Position numbers and translations under genes: made by a program. Of a DNA stretch of 64,000 bases, positions 33,493-43,742 are shown piece after piece; positions within the stretch are counted from its first letter, which is position 1, and every line of letters starts with the position of its first letter. The DNA is from an uncultured Candidatus Poseidoniales archaeon (lineage in GTDB: Archaea; Thermoplasmatota; Poseidoniia; Poseidoniales; Thalassarchaeaceae). Where the stretch lies: NCBI GenBank assembly GCA_902593945.1, contig CACJKA010000001.1, positions 19,316 to 83,315 on the forward strand. The letters are read 5' to 3'. Under the pieces are notes generated by a model. It ran no database searches. It saw only the letters and a program-made list of their open reading frames with translations, and had not been told where the DNA came from.

Positions 33493-34353
33493 ATGCCCAG
33501 CATGGCCATGAATTACCTGGCTGTAATCGCTTTAGTCCTGCTATCAGCAGCCATAATTCTGATATTCTGGGTGTGGTCTAGAATAAGGCACTTAACTCCA
33601 TCTAATGATTTATCTTGGGTAAATGAAAACAAATTTACGGCATATGCAGAAATAGAAGGAGATGATGTATTATTAAAAAATGTCAGAGATTTTAACTGGA
33701 GAACGACAAAAGATTATGACGAAAGTTGGGTTGAAAAGAAATTTAAGATATCTGAATGTACTAAGATCTGGTTAGTATTGGAATATTTTTATCCAACCAG
33801 AAGACCCGTTGCACATACTTTACTAAGTTTTGAGTTTGAAAATGGAGAAAGAATATCATGTTCAATAGAAGTCAGAAGAGAACCCGGAGAAAAGTTTAGT
33901 CCTGTAAAAGGACTACTGAGAGAGTTTGAAATAATGTATGTATGGGCTACTGAGGAAGATGTAATCGGCGTAAGAAGTAGATGCAGAAAATCAGAAACAC
34001 ATCTTTTTGAAGCAGTTATTTTAGGTGAAGGAAATCAGTGTAGAATGCTGGAATCATATTTGATGAGAACCAACGATCTACATAAAAAACCTGAATTCTA
34101 TAACAGCATATTTAACAATTGCACTACAAATATTGCATCACATGTTAATGATGTATATCCTGGAAGAATACCACGTGCAATTGGAGTGATATTGCCTGGT
34201 TTAAGTCCAAAATTACTCAGTAGAAATAATTTGGTAAAATTAAGAGGTGGGAGTATTAAAGAAGAAATGAAAATTAATCAAATTGAAGAAAGGGCTAGGT
34301 CTTGGAATGGGGAAAGTGACTTTGGAGAAACTATCAGAAATGTGGAGTCTTGA
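33493..34353 (+). CDS. DUF4105 (Lnb-N-like) domain protein
   Basis: N-terminal TM, NVRDFNW, AHTLLSF, SIEVRRE, FYNSIFNNCTTN; start moved downstream of the tRNA. Confidence 0.8.
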   Translation: MPSMAMNYLAVIALVLLSAAIILIFWVWSRIRHLTPSNDLSWVNENKFTAYAEIEGDDVLLKNVRDFNWRTTKDYDESWVEKKFKISECTKIWLVLEYFYPTRRPVAHTLLSFEFENGERISCSIEVRREPGEKFSPVKGLLREFEIMYVWATEEDVIGVRSRCRKSETHLFEAVILGEGNQCRMLESYLMRTNDLHKKPEFYNSIFNNCTTNIASHVNDVYPGRIPRAIGVILPGLSPKLLSRNNLVKLRGGSIKEEMKINQIEERARSWNGESDFGETIRNVES

Positions 34354-34389
34354 CAAAAGTATTCAACAACTACCCAACTATCGAAGAAT

Positions 34390-35583
34390 GTGGAACGGAT
34401 TGAACCTATGACTCCAAGAGGAGTTTTTGAATATAGATTACCTCCTTCTAAGAGTCATATGATTAGAGAATTGATGCTTGCATCTAAATCGACAACAAAT
34501 ACGGAGATAATTTTTAATGGAACTCCCGGAGATGACATAATTTCAATGAAAGATTGTTTGGAATTGATGGGTGTCGAAATTATAAAAGAGGAAGGGAAAT
34601 GGACAATAATACCTCCAAAGAACGGTTTAATTGCGCCTAAAGAGAATATTAATTGTGGAAATTCAGGTACAGTTGCTAAAATAATGAGTGTGATAGCCGC
34701 AACTTTTGAATCTGAAATTACAATAGACGGAGACCGATCACTACGGAAAAGAAGTAATGTTGAATTATCTAAATGTCTAAGAGAAATGGGGTGTGAAGTT
34801 TCAGGAGATAGTTTTCCCTGTAAAATTAAAGGGCCGATGAAATTTCGGAATAATTTAGAAATAGATGTTTCAAAATCAAGTCAACCAATCACTGCTCTGA
34901 TACTATCTTCGTCTGACTTTAAAGATAAAATGTGTGTGAAACTATTAGGTAAGGGAGTTAGTAAAGGATACCTAGAATTAACTATCGATTTGGCTAGAAA
35001 GTGGGGTTTAAAAACCGAATTAAAAAATAGTTCTATTGAATTATATAATTGGAATGTGAAGTCACCCGGCGTCGTGAGAATTCCAAGTGAGATAAGCCTC
35101 TACCCAATGGCTATATTATTGGATAAACTACATTGCAATCTACAAGTTAAAGTACAGAAAGATGATCCTGATAATCTACTATCATCGACCCTTGATGATT
35201 TAGAAATACCTGAACTAGAAATATTAAACCTTGTAAATGCAAGCGATATCATTACCCCAGCGGCAGTATTAATGGCTATTTCAAATGGGGGAGAGATAGT
35301 TGGAGTTGAGCATAGTAAAGGCAAAGAATCTGATAGAATTATTAAGACATGTGAATTATTAAGTGAATTTTCTATGAAATGTGAATCAAAAAAAGATGGA
35401 GTGAAATTGATAGGAAGAGATGTTCCAAAAAGGCCTGAAAGAATTGTAAAAACACATATGGATCATAGATTAGCTATGACAGCTGTAATTCTAGCAACAT
35501 ACTGTGGGGCAGAAATAGATGATGTAGAAATAATAAATGTAACACATCCTGAATTTATGAGTATGATAGCAAAACTAAGATAA
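34390..35583 (+). CDS. aroA: 3-phosphoshikimate 1-carboxyvinyltransferase (EPSP synthase), divergent
   Basis: PPSKS, CGNSGT, GDRSLRKR, SSQ, KESDRI, DHRLAM, THPEF. Confidence 0.88.
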   Translation: MERIEPMTPRGVFEYRLPPSKSHMIRELMLASKSTTNTEIIFNGTPGDDIISMKDCLELMGVEIIKEEGKWTIIPPKNGLIAPKENINCGNSGTVAKIMSVIAATFESEITIDGDRSLRKRSNVELSKCLREMGCEVSGDSFPCKIKGPMKFRNNLEIDVSKSSQPITALILSSSDFKDKMCVKLLGKGVSKGYLELTIDLARKWGLKTELKNSSIELYNWNVKSPGVVRIPSEISLYPMAILLDKLHCNLQVKVQKDDPDNLLSSTLDDLEIPELEILNLVNASDIITPAAVLMAISNGGEIVGVEHSKGKESDRIIKTCELLSEFSMKCESKKDGVKLIGRDVPKRPERIVKTHMDHRLAMTAVILATYCGAEIDDVEIINVTHPEFMSMIAKLR

Positions 35584-35584
35584 T

Positions 35585-37534
35585 TTAACCATGTCTTCCA
35601 AAATGCTTGTCAAGATGATTTTGAGATAACTTGAGAATTGTTGGACGACCATGAACGCAGGCCCATGGATTTGGGACTGTTCTCATGTCGAGTAATAAAC
35701 GTCTCATTTCAGCTAAATTTAATTCCTGATTTGCCTTAACTGAACCACGGCAAGACTTCATGAAAGCAACTTTGTCACGTAATTTTTCAACCGTATCAAT
35801 TCCTCTAGATTCTGGCTGAGAAGAGATATCAATCAATATATCATGAATAAAATCAACTAATCCCAAATCGCCAATCAGAACGTCAGGTACAGATTCTATA
35901 ACTATCTGTCCATTCGATTCATTAAATCGGATACCTAATTCAAGTAATCTATCAGAATTGGAACGTGCAGCAGATAGTTCTCTTGCACCTAGAGAAATGA
36001 CTACAGGATTAATTAACTCCTGAGGAGACCAGTTTACCATTGATGAACGCAGTCTTTCATATCTGATTCTTTCGTGTAATGCATGCTGATCAACTATGAA
36101 TAATTCACCGTCGCCTTCAGCTAATATGTATGAATCTGAGAATTGCGAAAGAACATTCATTTTAGGCAAATCAGGTATTATTGCAGCATTAGATGGAGGT
36201 TCATCAATAGGAGAAACTGATTCTCCGCCTACTGAAAAACGATGTAATTTCCGTTCTTCAGATGATAGAGACTTAGAAATGGGTTCGGAATCTAATCCCG
36301 GTAAAGTTTGCTGTTCTAAATCATTAGATTCAGACGTAGGTTTTGATACTGTAACCTTGTCATTAGAAGTTCTTATGCTACTAAAGTGTGTTTGTATTTT
36401 TTCTTTTTTACTTACTTGCGCCCAAGATGGCACGAATTGTTCGGAATCTTTCTCATCTTCATTTACATCAATATTTATTCCTTCTAAAATTGTCAAATCC
36501 TTAAATTCGGGTTGTGTTGAAATCTTACTTAATGTATATTTTATACTCCTCTCTAATCTCTCTAAGACTCTCCATGAATTTTGTAATCTAACTTCCCTCT
36601 TGGTTGGGTGTACATTTACATCTACCTCATCGGTGGGAAGATTCAGAGATAATACTCCGATAGGATGCCTCCCTACCATTAACCTAGTATGATATCCACG
36701 TCTGATTGACTGTAAAAATGGGCCAGGATTTACAGGCCTACCATTTACTAATACATGAATATCATCAGAACGGGACCGAGATATCCCCGGTGGAGATATC
36801 CAACCATCCCAATTTTCTCTACCAGGAGCATCTTTATCAACTTCCGAAGATTCAAGAGGGATTAATTTGGAAGAAGTAGTTCCAAATAAATCGTATAATC
36901 TGTCTTCCATACTATCACAAGGCGGACAATCTAATACCGTACGGCCATCTATCTCAACTAAGATACCTACTTTTGATTCACTTAGAGCCAGAGAAATTGC
37001 TATATCTACTATTGCAGAATTTTCAGTAGAGGGCCTTCTTTGGAAAGATAAGCGAGCTGGTATTTTTTGAAACAAATGTTGAACATCAACTTTCGTCCCT
37101 GGGGGGACACTTGTCAATTCAATATCCTCTACCAATCCATTGTCAACTGTTATAGAAAAACCTTCAGAACCTCTAACCTTACTTGAAAGGGTCATTTTAC
37201 TAACTGCAGCAATTGAAGCCAAGGCTTCACCACGAAATCCTTTGGTAACAATTGTTCTCAAATCTTCTGATGAAGAAATTTTGCTAGTTGCATGTCTCTT
37301 GATAGCAAGTTTTAGCTCTTCTTTAGGTATACCATGGCCATCATCAATTACTGAAATTCGGGAGAATCCTCCATTCACAATTTCAATTCTTATCTTCTTA
37401 CTACCAGAATCGATAGAGTTTTCAACTAATTCTTTGACAACCTGTGCTGGCCTCTCAACAACCTCTCCTGCTGCAATTTGATCAATAGTTAATTCATCAA
37501 GTTGTTGAATTGGAAGACGGGAAGAATCAGACAT
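35585..37534 (-). CDS. mutL: DNA mismatch repair endonuclease MutL
   Basis: IAAGEVVERP, HATSKI, GFRGEAL, DVNVHPTKREV, DQHALHER, ACVHGRP. Confidence 0.96.
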   Translation of the reverse strand: MSDSSRLPIQQLDELTIDQIAAGEVVERPAQVVKELVENSIDSGSKKIRIEIVNGGFSRISVIDDGHGIPKEELKLAIKRHATSKISSSEDLRTIVTKGFRGEALASIAAVSKMTLSSKVRGSEGFSITVDNGLVEDIELTSVPPGTKVDVQHLFQKIPARLSFQRRPSTENSAIVDIAISLALSESKVGILVEIDGRTVLDCPPCDSMEDRLYDLFGTTSSKLIPLESSEVDKDAPGRENWDGWISPPGISRSRSDDIHVLVNGRPVNPGPFLQSIRRGYHTRLMVGRHPIGVLSLNLPTDEVDVNVHPTKREVRLQNSWRVLERLERSIKYTLSKISTQPEFKDLTILEGINIDVNEDEKDSEQFVPSWAQVSKKEKIQTHFSSIRTSNDKVTVSKPTSESNDLEQQTLPGLDSEPISKSLSSEERKLHRFSVGGESVSPIDEPPSNAAIIPDLPKMNVLSQFSDSYILAEGDGELFIVDQHALHERIRYERLRSSMVNWSPQELINPVVISLGARELSAARSNSDRLLELGIRFNESNGQIVIESVPDVLIGDLGLVDFIHDILIDISSQPESRGIDTVEKLRDKVAFMKSCRGSVKANQELNLAEMRRLLLDMRTVPNPWACVHGRPTILKLSQNHLDKHFGRHG

Positions 37535-37538
37535 TTGA

Positions 37539-40247
37539 TTACTCCATTAAGTCATAGTATTGAGAATTCTTCAGAGAATCAATCATCGCATAAAGTACTT
37601 CTTGAGACTCTCTAGGGCTAAGATTATCTGGGTCAATTGATCTTAATCTTTCTGCAATTTCTTTTAACATAGGGTCAATAATTACCTCTTCTTTGATTAT
37701 AGGTAAATTAGATTCAGAAATCTCTTCATTTACAATCACATTAGGATTTGAGTTAAGCATCCACCCGTAAATACTTGATTGCCCATCGGGCCTAGAATCG
37801 GGAGATTTGTTAGAACCTGCTTTGGCGCCCTGAGCCTGACTCTCAAGAAAAATCAGTAAATCTCTAGCTCTTTCAACTACTGAAATTGGAAGACCCGCTA
37901 ATGCTGCAACTTGTACACCGTAAGATTGATCACATGAACCCTCAGAAATAGTATGTAGGAAGCGTATTTCGCCATTAATATCTGCTACCTGAACATGGAT
38001 ATTTCTCAAATTTTCAAACTCATTTTCTAAGCCTATTAATTGGTGATAATGAGTTGCAAATAAGGTTCTTGCACCTAACCTACGACAAATATCTTCTGTA
38101 ACAGACCAAGCAATTGCCAGACCATCAAAGGTTGATGTACCTCTACCAATTTCGTCAAGGAGAATCAGACTTTTTCCAGTTGCACGCCTCAGTATATGGG
38201 CTACCTCTATCATCTCCATCATGAAAGTTGAACGCCCGCGACGTAAATCGTCGTGTGCTCCAACTCTTGTGAAAACTCTATCAATAATACCAATTTTTGC
38301 TTTTTCAGCAGGTACAAAAGAACCAGCCTGAGCTAGTATCGAAATTAATGCTGTTTGACGAAGATAGGTTGACTTCCCTCCCATATTTGGGCCAGTCAAT
38401 AACAAAAAACTTCTTTTTTCATCGATTCTAACATCATTTGGTACAAATCTGCCATCAGACTCTAGAACCGGATGCCTTCCTGAAACAATCTCAATCTTAT
38501 TTCCTGCAGTGATTTCGGGTTTACACCAAGAATTTTTCCTTCCATGAATGGCAAAGGAACAAATTACATCAGCAACTGCAATCTTTCTAGCAATCGTTGC
38601 AAGTTCTGAAGAATAATTGGATACAATGTTGCGTAAATCAATAAATAATTCTCTTTCGAGGGCTTTAGCTCTGTCATCAGCGGTCAAAATTATTTCTTCC
38701 CAAGATGCTAAATTATCAGTAGTATATCTCTCTGCATTCGTCATAGTTTGTCGGCGACGATAATGCTCTGGCACTTTATCTACATGGGATTTAGTAATCT
38801 CAATAAAGAACCCAAATTGCCTATTGTGTTTGATTTTTAAATTTGGAATGTCTAATTTCTCCCTCTCTTGAGATTCAAATTTCTTCAACCAATCGGTTCC
38901 TTCACCTGCTTTTTCTCTAAGATCGTCTAATTTCTTATCAACTCCAAATCTAAATATCCCTCCGTCCCTAATTGTTGCGGGTGGCTCATCTACTATCTTT
39001 TCAGAGATTAAATCATTAATTTCGGATAAATTATCTAATCCTATAGATGATTGATGTAAAAGTTCTGAATTACCTTCACTAAGAAGTGATTGTATTTTTT
39101 TCATACGGCCGAGGCATTCTGAAATTGCAACTAAATCTCTAGCATTAGCTCTACCATATGCCAAACGGGTTGAGAGTCTTTCTAAATCTCTCATAGATTT
39201 TAGTGACTCACGAATTGAATCAAGCCTTCTAGGGGCTTTGAATAAACTACTTACTGCTGAGTGCCTTAAACTAATTTCCTCTTTATTTGTCAATGGCCTC
39301 ATAATCCACTCTTTGAGTAACCTTCTACCCATCCAAGTCCTTGTCGAATCAATGGATTGTAATAGCGAACCTTGTTTTTCGCCGACTAAAGTATGGCTTA
39401 ACTCTAAATTTCTCAGCGTAGTTTGATCGAGAACTAAATGCCCATCGTCCGCATCAAAGTGAAGTTCACGAAGAGGAACTGTGTCAATTAAATGTAAATT
39501 TGATATGTATCTAGCAGCGAGTCCGCATGCTTGTAATGCTAAAGGTTTAGAGTCTAAATCGACACTTCCAAGATCTGAAACTTTCAAATGTTCACGCAGC
39601 GCCTGTAACATTTGTTTAGGATTTGCATCATGAACGCTAAGAATTACATCATCTAGATTAGAAATAAGCGATAAAATAGAGTCTGAAGATGCATCCTTCT
39701 TTGATACAACTAATTCACTTGGAGACCACCTCTGAATCTCATCTTTAATCCTCTCCCATCGCCCTGCTCCTGATTGCTCCTGAATCCAGGAACGACCCGT
39801 GGATGAATCTAAAATAGCCATGCCAACTATATCGTCTTTAACAGATAATGATGCTAAAATACTTGAGCCATCTTCTCCAATTAGATTCTCTTCATATAAT
39901 GAGCCAGGAGTGTACACTCTAGTAACTACTCTTTCAAGAATTTTAGAACCAGGACGTAATTCTTCTTCTTGTTCACACATTGTAACTTTGTGGCCAGCCC
40001 GTAACATTGACTGTAGATATGACTCTACAGAATGCCAAGGAACACCCGCCATTGGCACTGGATTTTCAGAATTCTTATCACGGCTTGTCAAAGTTATACC
40101 AAGAACTTCTGATGCTAAAACAGCATCATCATAGAACATCTCATAAAAATCGCCCATTCTAAAAAATAGCACGGTATCAGGGTGCTGAGCCTTTATTTCT
40201 GCAAATTGATCTAACATTGACCTCTTCGCCATATCTAATACATCCAA
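37539..40247 (-). CDS. mutS: DNA mismatch repair protein MutS (MutS1)
   Basis: FFRMGDFYEMF, TGPNMGGKSTYLRQ, STFMMEM, LDEIGRGTST, ATHYH. Confidence 0.97.
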   Translation of the reverse strand: MDVLDMAKRSMLDQFAEIKAQHPDTVLFFRMGDFYEMFYDDAVLASEVLGITLTSRDKNSENPVPMAGVPWHSVESYLQSMLRAGHKVTMCEQEEELRPGSKILERVVTRVYTPGSLYEENLIGEDGSSILASLSVKDDIVGMAILDSSTGRSWIQEQSGAGRWERIKDEIQRWSPSELVVSKKDASSDSILSLISNLDDVILSVHDANPKQMLQALREHLKVSDLGSVDLDSKPLALQACGLAARYISNLHLIDTVPLRELHFDADDGHLVLDQTTLRNLELSHTLVGEKQGSLLQSIDSTRTWMGRRLLKEWIMRPLTNKEEISLRHSAVSSLFKAPRRLDSIRESLKSMRDLERLSTRLAYGRANARDLVAISECLGRMKKIQSLLSEGNSELLHQSSIGLDNLSEINDLISEKIVDEPPATIRDGGIFRFGVDKKLDDLREKAGEGTDWLKKFESQEREKLDIPNLKIKHNRQFGFFIEITKSHVDKVPEHYRRRQTMTNAERYTTDNLASWEEIILTADDRAKALERELFIDLRNIVSNYSSELATIARKIAVADVICSFAIHGRKNSWCKPEITAGNKIEIVSGRHPVLESDGRFVPNDVRIDEKRSFLLLTGPNMGGKSTYLRQTALISILAQAGSFVPAEKAKIGIIDRVFTRVGAHDDLRRGRSTFMMEMIEVAHILRRATGKSLILLDEIGRGTSTFDGLAIAWSVTEDICRRLGARTLFATHYHQLIGLENEFENLRNIHVQVADINGEIRFLHTISEGSCDQSYGVQVAALAGLPISVVERARDLLIFLESQAQGAKAGSNKSPDSRPDGQSSIYGWMLNSNPNVIVNEEISESNLPIIKEEVIIDPMLKEIAERLRSIDPDNLSPRESQEVLYAMIDSLKNSQYYDLME

Positions 40248-40380
40248 TGCTCACACCCGAGCGTGGGTTTGTCCACAAAGCGGGGGGTGCATAAGCAAAT
40301 CGCCTGTAATCTCAAGGAAGATACCAAATGTCGATAGGACTACAGATAAATTAGTTGAAGTTCTCGGACACCATAGAAGA

Positions 40381-41331
40381 GTGTTTTTTATGTTAAAAGA
40401 AAATAACATTAAGACTCACTTTTTGATGATTTTAGTAGCAGTAATTTGGGGTTTATCGTGGGCAATTGGTAGAATTCTCTCATTAGAGATTCCTCCTATG
40501 ACGGGAGCTTGGCTTAGATATATCTTAACAATTATAATATTCTACATCTGGTTTCTAATGCTAAAGATCAAAGGAGATAAAGTAAGATGGCTTCCTGATA
40601 GTAGAAATACATTCAGAAGTTTAGTAATTATAGGATTTACTGGTGTTTTATGCTATCAATTTTTCTTTATGTATGGAATGTATTACACCGCTGCAGGAGA
40701 TGCTTCTCTCATCATTACATTCAATCCCATTTTTACTGTAATCTTAGCCGCACCATTACTTGGACAGGAGATTTCTAGAAAGATGTTTCTAGGCTTATTT
40801 TGTGGATTAATAGGTGTCGGAATTGTTACAGGATGGAGCCCAAATACACAGATTGATTTTGAAGATAGAATTTTAGGAGATTTTTTAATCCTGTGTGCTT
40901 CATTCTCTTGGGCAACTACGACTAATATGACAAAAAGATTGATGGATGGAAGAGATGGCGTCAATAATTATACCTCATTAGAAATTGTTGTTTGGTATTC
41001 ATTAATTGGAACAATAATGATGACTCCTTTTGTAGTATATGATATATGGATAAATGGGCTAATTCTACCGACTAGAGAGGGGTGGTTGGCAATTGTATAC
41101 TTAGGTGCCTTCTCAACTGTTCTAGCATATTACTGGTTTACAATTGGAATCGAGAAATTAGGGGCTACCGCTGCTTCTTCATATATTTTCTTAGTGCCTC
41201 TATTTGGGATTCTTGGAGGATGGTGGTTACTAGAAGAAAATCTAGGATACTCAATAATTATTGGTTTTATAATGATTCTAATGGGGGTAAGAATTGTTCA
41301 AATTGAGAGTATGAGATTAAAGACTTCTTGA
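40381..41331 (+). CDS. EamA/DMT family transporter
   Basis: About 10 TM helices in two EamA repeats (IWGLSW, P.FTVILAAPLLGQ, PLFGILGGWWLLEE). Confidence 0.88.
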   Translation: MFFMLKENNIKTHFLMILVAVIWGLSWAIGRILSLEIPPMTGAWLRYILTIIIFYIWFLMLKIKGDKVRWLPDSRNTFRSLVIIGFTGVLCYQFFFMYGMYYTAAGDASLIITFNPIFTVILAAPLLGQEISRKMFLGLFCGLIGVGIVTGWSPNTQIDFEDRILGDFLILCASFSWATTTNMTKRLMDGRDGVNNYTSLEIVVWYSLIGTIMMTPFVVYDIWINGLILPTREGWLAIVYLGAFSTVLAYYWFTIGIEKLGATAASSYIFLVPLFGILGGWWLLEENLGYSIIIGFIMILMGVRIVQIESMRLKTS

Positions 41332-41415
41332 TTTCATAATTAAGAAAAGATAATTTCTCCTGCTCACTTATCATTAAATACGGTAGGCCAGTCGGCCGAA
41401 GTCGAGGTTGTTCAA

Positions 41416-41952
41416 ATGGCACGTAAGCCCGCATCCATGTACCGCCGACTTAAGGGTCAGGCATTTACTAGACGCCAGTACACTGGAGGTGTACCTAATA
41501 ATCGAATTCTGCGTTATTTCATGGGCAACAGAAAGAAAGCTGAAGCAGGAGGTTTTCCTGTAAAAGTATCTTTGTTAGCAGATAATTCATGCCAAATACA
41601 AGATAAAGCATTAGAAGCAGCTCGTCAAGTTGCAAATGCTAGAATTAGAGGTGCTGCTGGAGAAAACTATGCTCTAAGAATGCATACTTATCCACATCAA
41701 ATTCTTCGTGAAAATAAACAAGCAACTGGTGCGGGAGCAGATCGTGTATCTCAAGGAATGAGACAAGCTTTTGGGAAGAATGTAGGTACTGCTGCAAGAG
41801 TTCAAAGAGGCCAAACTGTCATTTCCATAGTAACTACTCCAGAACATTACATTGTTGCAAGAGATGCATTGCGTAAGGCAAACTGTAAATTTCCAACACC
41901 TTGTACAATCAAGGTTGTTGAAGGTTCCGAGCATTTGAAAGGACTCGTCTGA
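41416..41952 (+). CDS. rpl10e: 50S ribosomal protein uL16 (L10e)
   Basis: MARKPASMYR, LEAAR, YPHQILRENK, GAGADRVSQGMRQAFG. Confidence 0.96.
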   Translation: MARKPASMYRRLKGQAFTRRQYTGGVPNNRILRYFMGNRKKAEAGGFPVKVSLLADNSCQIQDKALEAARQVANARIRGAAGENYALRMHTYPHQILRENKQATGAGADRVSQGMRQAFGKNVGTAARVQRGQTVISIVTTPEHYIVARDALRKANCKFPTPCTIKVVEGSEHLKGLV

Positions 41953-41964
41953 GTGTGGTGGGGC

Positions 41965-42543
41965 ATGATGCCCGAAGATTCTCTATCAATCTTACACGAA
42001 TCGCTACGTGGTTCACCAATTATTTGGAAGGGCGAATACCCTTACTTCATTCATCCAATTTCAGATGGTATCCCAAGAATGAATGCTGAAGTATTACGCG
42101 CTACAAGAGATTTAATTGTTGAAAGTGTAGATTGGACAAAAATTGATTTGATCGTAACTGTAGAAGCTATGGGGCTCCCGCTTTTGGCAGCAGTAGGAGA
42201 GGCGACCGGCATACCTACGGTAGTAATTCGTAAACGTTCTTATGGAATGGAAGGCGAAACAAGAGTTGATGTAGCAACTGGGTATTCTCAATCTACCGTA
42301 TATATTAATGATATTAAACCGGGTGAAAGAATTCTGATAGTAGATGATGTGATTTCAACTGGTGGGACATTAGAGCCACTACTAGAAACTCTAGAAAATA
42401 TGGGAGTAATTCTCCAAGATATAGTGATAGCAATTGAAAAAGGAAATGGTCGTGAAAGACTGAATAAAGAAAGACCTGAGTGGCCAATAAGGTCTCTCGC
42501 AAGAATTGATATTATTGACGGAAAAGTAGAGATTGTAGATTAA
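41965..42543 (+). CDS. hpt: Archaeal hypoxanthine/guanine (purine) phosphoribosyltransferase
   Basis: YFIHPISDGIP, EAMGLP, RKRSYG, PRPP motif IVDDVISTGGT. Confidence 0.82.
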   Translation: MMPEDSLSILHESLRGSPIIWKGEYPYFIHPISDGIPRMNAEVLRATRDLIVESVDWTKIDLIVTVEAMGLPLLAAVGEATGIPTVVIRKRSYGMEGETRVDVATGYSQSTVYINDIKPGERILIVDDVISTGGTLEPLLETLENMGVILQDIVIAIEKGNGRERLNKERPEWPIRSLARIDIIDGKVEIVD

Positions 42544-42555
42544 TGTGGTGAGAAA

Positions 42556-43662
42556 TTGGATTTGGAAAAACATAATTTCGAGTTAGATGATTTAATCAAT
42601 CGCATTAAACAAAATGACCATCGTCTTGTAGCGTTACAAGTCCCTGAGGGATTAAAAATGCAGGCTTTGGATATGATAGACCAAATAGAAACAGAGACTT
42701 CAGCTAGAGTTGTCCTTTCAGCTGACCCTTGCTATGGAGCATGCGACTTAGTTCACGACAAAATGCAAAATATTGGAGCAGAGTTAGTAGCACACATGGG
42801 ACATTCTCAAATGAATATTGACTCAGGTATGCCTACACAGTTCATACCAGTTACATATGATGGAAGTCCAGAAATCGCACCAGTTCTACCTTATCTACAT
42901 GCTCATCGGGAAATTGCCATTAGTAGATTAAATGATTCATCAGGACCAGTATTATCTGAACTTGAGGCCTTAGATCGATTTGAGGATATGGTTGGTAGAG
43001 TAGCACCCCTGACAGATACAAAACTTGGTTTGGTAGGCAGTATACAACACTTACACTTACTTCCTACTTTTAAGAAGCATTTTGAAGATGCTGGATTTGA
43101 TGTTACAATCCCAGTTGGAGGAGCAAGGTTATCCTTACCCGGTCAAGTCTTAGGATGTAATTATTCAGGAGATGACCCGACCGTTGGGCACTACATATTC
43201 TTAGGAAGCGGAGATTTTCACCCTATTGGATTAGTCTTACACACTGGAAAACCTCTCGCAATGTTGGATCCTTACAGCGGAGATGCAAAGGAAATGGGTA
43301 GAGAGAGAATTGAGAGAATTCTAAGGCAACGTTCAGGATTAATAATGTCTTCAATGGACAAAAATAGATTTGGGATACTAATAGGTTCTAAGCCGGGTCA
43401 AATGAGAAGAAATTTAGCACTAAGGATGAAAAGAAAGCTTGAGAAACATGGGAAAAAAGGTTTTTTACTATCACTGGAGCATGTTGGACCAGAATTAATT
43501 GATTTTTATCCAGTTGATGTTTTTGTCAATACCGCCTGTCCGCGAATAGCAATAGATGATGCTGTGAAATATTCTAAACCAATGATAACCCCTTATGAAC
43601 TAGAAGTTGCTCTTGGGGAAAAGAAATGGGAAAATGGTTATCAATTTGATGAAATACCGTGA
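42556..43662 (+). CDS. dph2: Diphthamide biosynthesis enzyme Dph2
   Basis: LQVPEGLK, CYGACD, GQVLGC, TACPRIAIDD (three Fe-S Cys). Confidence 0.93.
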   Translation: MDLEKHNFELDDLINRIKQNDHRLVALQVPEGLKMQALDMIDQIETETSARVVLSADPCYGACDLVHDKMQNIGAELVAHMGHSQMNIDSGMPTQFIPVTYDGSPEIAPVLPYLHAHREIAISRLNDSSGPVLSELEALDRFEDMVGRVAPLTDTKLGLVGSIQHLHLLPTFKKHFEDAGFDVTIPVGGARLSLPGQVLGCNYSGDDPTVGHYIFLGSGDFHPIGLVLHTGKPLAMLDPYSGDAKEMGRERIERILRQRSGLIMSSMDKNRFGILIGSKPGQMRRNLALRMKRKLEKHGKKGFLLSLEHVGPELIDFYPVDVFVNTACPRIAIDDAVKYSKPMITPYELEVALGEKKWENGYQFDEIP

Positions 43663-43742
43663 GAATATCATTATTTAAAAATTAAAAAAAACTGATAAAG
43701 TTTCAGGATAGGTCTAAGAACGACCGAATAAAGAACGTACTG

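Noticed and set aside
33330..35583. Integrated mobile element at tRNA-Ser
   Set aside because: No integrase, no repeated tRNA 3' end seen, and downstream genes (aroA, mutL) are housekeeping.
40248..40290. GC-rich patch upstream of mutS as a structured RNA
   Set aside because: Only weak imperfect pairing; no tRNA or known ncRNA features.
43663..43742. AT-rich gap upstream of cdc6 as a canonical ORB-containing oriC
   Set aside because: Only 80 bp, with no recognisable ORB/mini-ORB repeats or G-string; compatible with a simple promoter.
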